DNA of 13,109 bases from Candidatus Thorarchaeota archaeon. GTDB lineage: Archaea; Asgardarchaeota; Thorarchaeia; Thorarchaeales; Thorarchaeaceae. Shown here one piece after another: positions 1 through 6,932 of this stretch. The stretch is from positions 1 through 13,109 of the forward strand of contig RDNZ01000060.1 in assembly GCA_011364905.1 (NCBI GenBank). The letters run 5' to 3'. The notes below the pieces were generated by a model, which did not search any database, was not told the origin of the DNA, and worked only from the letters and a program-made list of their open reading frames with translations. Position 1 is the first letter of the stretch. Each line of letters begins with the position of its first letter. The translations under genes and the position numbers were made by a program.

Positions 1-402
1 GCACCGCATGTCCTCATATCTTGTTGAAACGCAGTCTAAAAGCCAGCAGAGTATTGCTGGATCGAGTACACCGAATCTCATTGGAGCACCTGGTTCCACA
101 CCATTGAAAATCCTCATCTCAGCCATCAAGAGGTCCGGAGAATCCATACAGGGTTTTGATAGAAGAACACCACCATTAGTTTGCTCAGGTGCTGGTTTCT
201 CAGTGTTTCTGACCTCTCTCATGAGGGCAGTGAGTTCGTGTCTACGTTGAGCATATTGCTCGAGACCAAGAATTGGACAGTGGGATACTTCGACTTTTTC
301 AGTGACAGCAGCTCTCGCAAAAGCTCCACAGGTAGTGAACCCACAGAGACCGCAATCAATCTCGGGTGTGCTCTTCCTGGCCTTTGTCCAAACACTACTC
401 AT
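1..402 (-). CDS. Fe-S cluster domain protein (PF04060 FeS-like N-terminus); 3' end runs off the window
   Basis: Not in the ORF track. Manual translation from ATG at 402 is open to position 1: MSSVWTKARKSTPEIDCGLCGFTTCGAFARAAVTEKVEVSHCPILGLEQY...KPCMD...LCWLLDC...MRC. The CGxCGxxxCxxFA-x11-CP pattern is the putative 4Fe-4S domain seen in RnfB/AcsC N-termini. SD-like GAGAAGGT lies upstream, and the start is 22 nt after the M20 stop. Confidence 0.85.
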   Translation of the reverse strand, partial: MSSVWTKARKSTPEIDCGLCGFTTCGAFARAAVTEKVEVSHCPILGLEQYAQRRHELTALMREVRNTEKPAPEQTNGGVLLSKPCMDSPDLLMAEMRIFNGVEPGAPMRFGVLDPAILCWLLDCVSTRYEDMRC

Positions 403-424
403 CAGCTTGACCTTCTCATCAAAA

Positions 425-1780
425 CTACGACAAGAATCTCCTTGCGAGTTCCATATATCCCTTCGCTGTCAACTCTACTGTACCGATTGGTACTCTTTCA
501 TCAGTGCCATGAAACAGGGAGTATAATGTAGCCAACTCCATTGACCCGTCATGGATAGCAAATCCATAGGCCTGAGTGTTCCAAGCTGACCTAAAGAAGC
601 GACAATCAGTAGCTCCAGGTGAAATCATCGGAACCAGCGTGAACTCAGGTCCCCTTAATTCTTTGATCACCGAATCCATCAATTCCACAAGAGGAGAACT
701 CACATCACTCAAAGTTCCTGCGGTGAATGTGCCGCCCTCGTCTGGCTCCATTGAATTAATCTCAATACTCTGTACGAGAGGACCAAGAGCTTTTCTGAAA
801 TGTTCCCTTACATAGTCTTCATCCTGACCTGGGAGTACTCGGACATCTACATCAAGAGATGCTGTTCCTGCTATAGTGTTTGTCTTTGCTCCTCCTCTAC
901 AAACATTTGGTGACCAAGTCATTTGGCTGAGAGAGTGAATGAATGAAGCATCTCCTTGATTCTTTTTTGATAGTTGATTCAGCATGAATCCGAGAAGAAG
1001 TGGCTGATTCATTAGGGTTCGTGTAAACCAGCCTACGCCCAGCGCTTTCAGAAGAGGCTTAATAATCGTTGTATCTCGAGGAGGCTGATACATATTGATT
1101 CGCTGTATTGCTTTAGCCATCGTGACAACTGCATTGTTGGACTTGAATGGTGCTGATCCGTGTTTCTCTTCTCCTTTGAACAACATTCTGGTCCATGCTG
1201 TTCCTTTCTCTCCATAGATGTACGACAGTCTTTTTGGACCAATAGGTTCACCTCCAGCTTCAGTAACTAGATAATCCACCTTGACTTTATCAGGATGATT
1301 CTGCACCATCCAGTTTGCACCCAGTTCTCCGCCGATCTCTTCGTCTGAAACGACGAGCAGTTTCAGGTCTCCTTTTGGCTTGAATCCCTCCGAATACAGA
1401 TGCGCAAACACGACAGTTTGAGCAGCAACGATATAGAGCATATCGATTGCTCCTCTTCCCCAGATGCAACCATCTTGTATCTTCCCTTCAAAGGGCGGCA
1501 TTGACCACTCATTCTCATTCTCAACTGGAACGACATCCACATGGCCTGGCCCTAACATCAGACTTGGCCGTTCTCCAGATCCCTTAAGCACTGCAAGTAG
1601 ATTTCCCCTATCTGGGGCGGATTCGAAAACTTCCGTTTCTACACCATATGATGAGAGAAAACGCTCAATCGTGTGGACCGATCGCATCTCATTCCCGGGG
1701 GGATTTATGCAACGGTTACGGATCATTTCTTGCATAAGGGAGGTAATTTCATCAATCATGACATCTGACAACCTAACCAT
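425..1780 (-). CDS. M20/M25/M40 family metallo-amidohydrolase/peptidase (ArgE/DapE/ACY1-like)
   Basis: Motifs PPGNE, GHVDVVP, GRGAIDM, SDEEIGG, TEAGG, HGS, GATDCRFFR and HGTDERV give the full dinuclear metal ligand set. ATG at 1780 is preferred; TTG at 1783 is the alternative. Confidence 0.93.
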   Translation of the reverse strand: MVRLSDVMIDEITSLMQEMIRNRCINPPGNEMRSVHTIERFLSSYGVETEVFESAPDRGNLLAVLKGSGERPSLMLGPGHVDVVPVENENEWSMPPFEGKIQDGCIWGRGAIDMLYIVAAQTVVFAHLYSEGFKPKGDLKLLVVSDEEIGGELGANWMVQNHPDKVKVDYLVTEAGGEPIGPKRLSYIYGEKGTAWTRMLFKGEEKHGSAPFKSNNAVVTMAKAIQRINMYQPPRDTTIIKPLLKALGVGWFTRTLMNQPLLLGFMLNQLSKKNQGDASFIHSLSQMTWSPNVCRGGAKTNTIAGTASLDVDVRVLPGQDEDYVREHFRKALGPLVQSIEINSMEPDEGGTFTAGTLSDVSSPLVELMDSVIKELRGPEFTLVPMISPGATDCRFFRSAWNTQAYGFAIHDGSMELATLYSLFHGTDERVPIGTVELTAKGYMELARRFLS

Positions 1781-1937
1781 CAATACTTATTCACATCTAA
1801 AAAAGCAATGTCTTTGGCCAAATTACGGATGGTCTTTTTCGGAAGCTGCTTGTTCTGAAAAATGCAGTAGTGGTTGGAACTCCTCATGTTTTCCGAACCT
1901 TGGACGTGACACGAATACAAAACCAGAAACAGTGTAT

Positions 1938-1955
1938 TTGTCATGACGGTGACAA
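1938..1955. promoter_or_regulatory. Candidate operator palindrome TTGTCA-N6-TGACAA upstream of the wHTH gene
   Basis: Perfect 6-bp inverted repeat ending 15 nt before ATG 1971, in the divergent intergenic region. Function is inferred. Confidence 0.35.
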
Positions 1956-1970
1956 TCATTGCAATCTTCA

Positions 1971-2219
1971 ATGAAACTGCCCAAAAGTGCTCTTCGTGTC
2001 CTCAAATGTCTGTCAAACAGAGGACCTTTGCCACCCAGAGCTATTAGCAAAGAGGCCAATGTGCCACTTCGAACTGTGACGTTTGCATTGGACCGATTGA
2101 TTGACACAGACATTTGTGCGAAGGTGCCCAACTTGGGTGATATGCGATGCACACTCTATGTTGTAAACCAGGAGAAGGCGAGAGCTGCATTTGCCAGATA
2201 TGGGACGATGATGAAATAG
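1971..2219 (+). CDS. Small winged helix-turn-helix DNA-binding protein (archaeal MarR/TrmB-like), 82 aa
   Basis: LPKSALRVLKCL..RGPLPPRAISKEANVPLRTVTFALDRL forms the HTH, followed by the wing motif PNLGDMRxxxY (MarR-like DxR). ATG 1971 is preferred over TTG 1959. Confidence 0.82.
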   Translation: MKLPKSALRVLKCLSNRGPLPPRAISKEANVPLRTVTFALDRLIDTDICAKVPNLGDMRCTLYVVNQEKARAAFARYGTMMK

Positions 2220-2235
2220 GAGAGTGTTTTCAATC

Positions 2236-2616
2236 ATGCTGACATACTCCGAATTAAAATCAAGATGTCAGAAAGCAATGGCAACACCTCCAATAGACGA
2301 TATGGAGGAGTCAGTATCAGTCCTATGCCAGAATGACTGGGTAAGGATCCTTGTGGTTCGCGACAAAGATATCCCGGAACGTTTGAGAATCGAAGTGGAG
2401 GTTTCCTTACCGTCCCACTCAGATCCAGAATCTGGAGAAGGCGTGAAGGTCTTTGTGAAGAATCTGATAGAACACCTTGAGTACATACTTCGTCTTGATG
2501 AGAAGGGTTTGACGTTGGAAGCAATGTTTCGAGACGGCCTTTGGACTGCTTACATGGATATCGACACTTTACCAGATGATCAACTGTTCAAATCTCTCAT
2601 TCCTCCTTCTGTGTAA
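2236..2616 (+). CDS. Hypothetical protein (acidic, alpha/beta, about 126 aa)
   Basis: The ORF fills the gap directly after the wHTH gene, and GGAG overlaps the wHTH stop. Composition is protein-like but no family is recognised. Alternative start is GTG 2224. Confidence 0.72.
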   Translation: MLTYSELKSRCQKAMATPPIDDMEESVSVLCQNDWVRILVVRDKDIPERLRIEVEVSLPSHSDPESGEGVKVFVKNLIEHLEYILRLDEKGLTLEAMFRDGLWTAYMDIDTLPDDQLFKSLIPPSV

Positions 2617-2655
2617 TTCTTGGTTACTTTCGTGAGCCTTTTATGAAGAAACCCG

Positions 2656-2692
2656 TCATGGGAATACCTAACCAGTAGGTGTGTTCTCATGA
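2656..2692 (+). promoter_or_regulatory. Imperfect inverted repeat covering the hutU SD (AGGTG 2677-2681) and start codon
   Basis: TCATGGGAAT-ACCTA-accag-TAGGT-gt-GTTCTCATGA: a 10-bp stem (2 G-U), a 2-nt bulge, a 5-bp stem and a 5-nt loop. Confidence 0.45.
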
Positions 2693-4710
2693 AATTTGAA
2701 GTTGAAAAAGCGATGACCATAAAGCTCCCTTCAGTGCTTCCCCCTGATCCCCAATTCGATTCGCAGTATCGTCGGGCCCCAAACAGAGGATATGACCTGA
2801 CACCAGCTGAAACCGTTACTGCAGTGAAAAACGCGCTTCGTTATATCCCTGAGAATCTTCACGAAACTCTTGCACCTGAGTTTCTAAACGAACTAATGAC
2901 AAGAGGACGTATCTATGGCTATCGCTATCGACCCGCTGGTGCCATTAAGGCTAAACCCGTTGATGAGTACAAAGGTATTCTTGAGGCTCGAGCTCTTCAG
3001 GTCATGATCGACAACAACTTGGATTTTGATGTTGCACTCTATCCGTATGAGCTCGTCACATACGGCGAAAGCGGCCAAGTTTGCCAGAACTGGATGCAAT
3101 ACCAGCTCATTAGGAAATATCTCGAGGTAATGACTGACGAACAGACACTTGTTGTCAGTTCGGGACACCCTGTTGGTTTGTTTCCATCACGTAAGAATGC
3201 ACCACGTGCAATCACAACAAATGGTCTAATGGTCGGAATGTTTGATACGCAAGAGGGATTTCATCATGCTGCAGCCATGGGCGTTGCCAACTATGGTCAA
3301 ATGACTGCAGGCGGATGGATGTATATTGGTCCACAAGGTATTGTCCATGGCACATACATCACACTCCTTAATGCTGGACGGCAATACCTAGGAATACCCG
3401 ATGATGGCGACCTGTCTGGAAAGGTTTTCTTGACCTCTGGTCTCGGGGGGATGAGCGGCGCCCAAGCAAAAGCGATTGAGATAGCTGGGGGCATAGGCGT
3501 CATTGCTGAGGTCGACAAGAGCAGACTAGAAACTCGGAGTGAACAAGGTTGGCTGAGTAGATACTCTTCAGACCTTGGTGAGATTTTTCGATGGGTAGAC
3601 GATTTTCGCAGCAAGGGCGAACCGGTGTCAATTGGCTACTATGGGAACGTTGTCGACCTTTGGGACCATGTTCTGAAAAATGGCATTACAATTGAGCTCT
3701 CTTCCGATCAGACATCCTGCCACGACGCCTATGGAGGAGGATACACACCACAAGGAGTCACATTCGAGGAGGGTCGTGAACTCCTCAAAACCAACCGTGA
3801 GAAGTTCAATGAACTTGTCGATGCCTCACTTCGGAAGCAGTTCGAGCTCATAGAAGCCATGACAAAACAAGGCACTCATTTCTGGGACTACGGGAACAGC
3901 TTCATGAAAGCGGTGTTTGATGCTGGAGTGAAGAAAATTGCCAAGAATGGAGAGAACACATCTGATGGTTTCATTTTCCCATCATACGTGGAAGACATAA
4001 TGGGGCCAATCTGTTTTGACTATGGTTATGGGCCATTCAGGTGGGTATGCCTAAGCGGCAATCATAAGGACCTCGTGGCGACAGACAAGATGGCCACATC
4101 AAGGATTAATCCTAACCGTCGTGCACAAGACCGCGACAATTACATCTGGATTCGAGATGCTGAGAAGCACTCGCTCGTAGTAGGGTCTCAGGCTCGGATT
4201 CTTTATACAGATGCTCTTGGACGTGTGGACATAGCTCTCGCCTTCAACAACATGGTGAGGGAGAAAAAAGTCGGACCCATTATGTTAGGCAGAGATCATC
4301 ATGACACTGGAGGAACTGACTCCCCATTTAGGGAAACTTCGAACATACGGGACGGTAGTAACATAATGAGTGACATGGCTCACCAGTGCTGGGCTGGTAA
4401 TGCATCTCGCGGAATGACTCTCTGTGTCCTTTCTAATGGTGGTGGAGTGGGAACGAGTAAGGCGATTAATGGTGGGTTTGGTCTAGTCCTTGATGGCAGT
4501 GAGCGAGTTGATAGCATTATTCGATCTGCGCTGGACTGGGATGTTATGGGTGGCGTGGCACGTCGTGCGTGGGCACGAAACGATCATGCAATTGAAACTG
4601 GCATAGAGTGGAATGAACGACTCGGAGTCAAAGGCCAGATCTCTCTTCCTTATGTTCCCAAGGAAGGTCTAGTGGAGAAATTAGTTGAAGATGCGCTCAA
4701 AGATGTTTAG
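2689..4710 (+). CDS. hutU: Urocanate hydratase, long (eukaryote UROC1/Bacteroidetes-type) form, 673 aa
   Basis: Motifs PYELVTYG, GQMTAGGWMYIGPQGIVHGT, GLGGMSGAQ (NAD binding), SDQTSCH, DYGN, GPFRWVCLSG and GRDHHD. The N-terminal RRAP...GRIYGYRYRP extension is typical of the long form. Confidence 0.98.
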   Translation: MKFEVEKAMTIKLPSVLPPDPQFDSQYRRAPNRGYDLTPAETVTAVKNALRYIPENLHETLAPEFLNELMTRGRIYGYRYRPAGAIKAKPVDEYKGILEARALQVMIDNNLDFDVALYPYELVTYGESGQVCQNWMQYQLIRKYLEVMTDEQTLVVSSGHPVGLFPSRKNAPRAITTNGLMVGMFDTQEGFHHAAAMGVANYGQMTAGGWMYIGPQGIVHGTYITLLNAGRQYLGIPDDGDLSGKVFLTSGLGGMSGAQAKAIEIAGGIGVIAEVDKSRLETRSEQGWLSRYSSDLGEIFRWVDDFRSKGEPVSIGYYGNVVDLWDHVLKNGITIELSSDQTSCHDAYGGGYTPQGVTFEEGRELLKTNREKFNELVDASLRKQFELIEAMTKQGTHFWDYGNSFMKAVFDAGVKKIAKNGENTSDGFIFPSYVEDIMGPICFDYGYGPFRWVCLSGNHKDLVATDKMATSRINPNRRAQDRDNYIWIRDAEKHSLVVGSQARILYTDALGRVDIALAFNNMVREKKVGPIMLGRDHHDTGGTDSPFRETSNIRDGSNIMSDMAHQCWAGNASRGMTLCVLSNGGGVGTSKAINGGFGLVLDGSERVDSIIRSALDWDVMGGVARRAWARNDHAIETGIEWNERLGVKGQISLPYVPKEGLVEKLVEDALKDV

Positions 4711-4795
4711 AAGAATCCGGCATCAATCCTTTTCGTGGACCAAGGGTTAAATCGGCTCGCGAAATATTGCATTTGGGAGTTGAAACAACACGCGA

Positions 4796-5278
4796 ATGCT
4801 TCTAGTCAAGAATCTCGAAATAGAGACTCTCCTCTCGCGACTTCGTGAGGATTATTCGAACATATTTGAGAAGGTTTGGAAAAGTGAGGACTTTGTCAGT
4901 GGAGTATTCATCCACTCAGAACGGGTCCTTAGAACGGTGAGCGAACAATCCATTACGATTATTGTGCAGCACCAAATAACGAAACGCGAATGTGAAGTCA
5001 TTGTCGTCAGCAGCGGTGGTGGTGGCGGTCTCGCACGAATTGATTTTGGGTCAGAAAATGCGGCTGAGTCGACATTTGTTGATTATCTCATAGCTCTTGC
5101 AAGAGAACATGGGTGGGAATTTCACCTTAAATATCCTGGCCATAGGGGGGCCACCTGTCCTTTCTGTCATGCCTTTTATTTTTACAAAGAGAGCAAATTA
5201 CAGGATGATGGTTCTGTCGTCTGTCAAAACTGCAACAGAAGTTTCAGTCCCGAAAACGCCAAGAGTCCCACATCCTAG
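4796..5278 (+). CDS. Hypothetical protein: DUF6054-like N-terminal domain plus C-terminal MJ0042-type zinc ribbon
   Basis: CPFC-x18-CQNC followed by F gives the zinc ribbon. The N-terminal SGGGGGLARIDFGSE resembles the Gly-rich GG..G.E motif of DUF6054, recognised from memory and not searched. Confidence 0.7.
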   Translation: MLLVKNLEIETLLSRLREDYSNIFEKVWKSEDFVSGVFIHSERVLRTVSEQSITIIVQHQITKRECEVIVVSSGGGGGLARIDFGSENAAESTFVDYLIALAREHGWEFHLKYPGHRGATCPFCHAFYFYKESKLQDDGSVVCQNCNRSFSPENAKSPTS

Positions 5279-5326
5279 AACTGAGTTTCCACAATGACTC
5301 AAAATTCAACGATAACTACTAAAGCG

Positions 5327-5380
5327 AGCTACCCTGAACGTCTCTCGGCAGTAGCTAACAAGTTACAGTAGCTGCTAAAG
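5327..5380 (+). repeat. Direct repeat CAGTAGCT x2 (5349-5356, 5366-5373) with inverted partner AGCTAC (5327-5332) upstream of hutH
   Basis: Read directly from the sequence. The two direct repeats flank a TAAC-aa-GTTA mini-palindrome. Confidence 0.45.
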
Positions 5381-5387
5381 TGTGACT

Positions 5388-6932
5388 ATGGTGGATAGAA
5401 TGCCTGTTATGGTTGATGGCGAGAGTCTCACTCTGGAGGACGTTGTGCAGGTTGCTCGATATAATGAGCCTGTGTTTCTTGATGAATCTGCAATTTTGAA
5501 AATTAAAAAGAGTCGGGCACTAGTAGAAACCGCAATCAACGAGGGAAGAGTTGTCTACGGAGTCAACACGGGATTTGGAGACCTTGCCAATGTGTCCATT
5601 AATAGAGAGGATCTGGCTCGCCTTCAAATCAACATAATCCGCAGTCATAGTGCTGGTGTTGGTCCTCCGTTCTCTCGTGAAGTAGTCCGAGGAATGATGC
5701 TTCTCAGAGCCAATGCGCTGGCCAAAGGATTCTCTGGTGTTCGCTTACAAATCATAGAAACCCTCATTGAGATGATAAACAAGGATGTAGTTCCAGTAGT
5801 TCCGCAACAAGGTTCTGTCGGTTCAAGTGGCGACCTTGCACCATTGGCTCATATGGCACTAGTACTCATTGGTGAGGGTGAGGCTTACTATTCAAATCAA
5901 GTTGTGAATGGAAAGGAGGCTCTTCGGAAAGCCGGAATAAAGCCAGTAGTACTGCAAGCAAAGGAGGGTGTCGCCTTGATTAATGGTACTCAACCGATGA
6001 GTGCAGTTGGCGTACTTGCAGTGCATGATGCTCTCCAATTGATATGTGATGCAACCATTGCTTCATCCTTGAGCCTTGAAGCACTGCGTGGCACACGTGT
6101 AGCTTCCGACGAACGGATACATGCAATTCGGCCCCATGAGGGACAGATCGATGTAGCCTCTGCTCAAAGGAAGATCCTCCTAGATAGCGAAATTAACCAA
6201 TCTCACGCAGACTGCGGAAAAGTGCAGGATGCCTACTCACTGAGATGCATTCCACAGGTCCTAGGTGCTTCCTTGGACGCAATAAGGTATGCATATAGTG
6301 TGTTAGAAACTGAGATCAATTCAGCAACTGACAATCCTCTGGTCTTTGGCGATGATGGGGTGGTGATTTCAGGAGGTAACTTTCATGGGCAGCCCATCGC
6401 TCTTGCTATGGACTTCTTGGGAATTGCAGTATCCGAGATTGCAAGCATCTCTGAGAGACGTGTAAACCGTCTAGTTTCTCCGGACTTAAGCGAACTACCT
6501 GCGTTTCTGACCTCTAAGGGCGGACTAGACTCTGGGATGATGATTGCACAATACACTGCAGCAGCTCTGGTATCAGAGAACAAGGTATTGGCACATCCGG
6601 CCAGTGTTGATTCAATTCCTACAAGTGCAGACCAAGAGGATCATGTCAGCATGGGTACCATAGCAGCAAGAAAAGCAGCAAACATACTCGGAAACGCTCA
6701 GAATGTTGTGGCAATCGAGTACATGTGTGCTTGTCAAGGCATTGACTTTCTTGCTCCCCTAAAGCCGTCCGAGCCTCTTCAAGAGGCTTTCAAGACCATC
6801 CGGAAACGTGTTCCTAAACTAACGGATGACCGGTCTCTCTCTCAAGATATTACCACAATCCGTGAGCTGATGAGAAGTGGTGAAATCATAGCTTCAGTCG
6901 AATCACTGACTGGTCCCCTCTATGAGAACTAA
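5388..6932 (+). CDS. hutH: Histidine ammonia-lyase (MIO-dependent)
   Basis: VYGVNTGFG (catalytic Tyr loop), IRSHSAG (SH specificity pair of HAL), GSVGSSGDLAPL (MIO), KEGVALINGT, QDAYSLRC, DNP, GGNFHG and QEDHVSMG. The start is uncertain: GTG 5382, ATG 5388, or ATG 5400 (preceded by GGTGG). Confidence 0.97.
   Translation: MVDRMPVMVDGESLTLEDVVQVARYNEPVFLDESAILKIKKSRALVETAINEGRVVYGVNTGFGDLANVSINREDLARLQINIIRSHSAGVGPPFSREVVRGMMLLRANALAKGFSGVRLQIIETLIEMINKDVVPVVPQQGSVGSSGDLAPLAHMALVLIGEGEAYYSNQVVNGKEALRKAGIKPVVLQAKEGVALINGTQPMSAVGVLAVHDALQLICDATIASSLSLEALRGTRVASDERIHAIRPHEGQIDVASAQRKILLDSEINQSHADCGKVQDAYSLRCIPQVLGASLDAIRYAYSVLETEINSATDNPLVFGDDGVVISGGNFHGQPIALAMDFLGIAVSEIASISERRVNRLVSPDLSELPAFLTSKGGLDSGMMIAQYTAAALVSENKVLAHPASVDSIPTSADQEDHVSMGTIAARKAANILGNAQNVVAIEYMCACQGIDFLAPLKPSEPLQEAFKTIRKRVPKLTDDRSLSQDITTIRELMRSGEIIASVESLTGPLYEN

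Noticed and set aside
8-531. Plus-strand ORFs 8..250, 181..531 and 302..526
   Set aside because: They are antisense shadows of the minus-strand Fe-S and M20 genes and have no motifs.
1464-2237. ORFs 1464..1946(+), 1780..1971(-), 1823..2152(-) and 2013..2237(-)
   Set aside because: They overlap the better-supported M20 or wHTH genes, or the divergent promoter region, and have no recognisable features.
2643-2678. uORF as a classical histidine attenuator leader peptide
   Set aside because: It has no His codons and no downstream U-rich terminator. It is kept only as a possible translational-coupling element.
5010-5029. (GGT/GGC)n run as a tandem repeat or contingency locus
   Set aside because: It is short, uses mixed codons and simply encodes a Gly loop.
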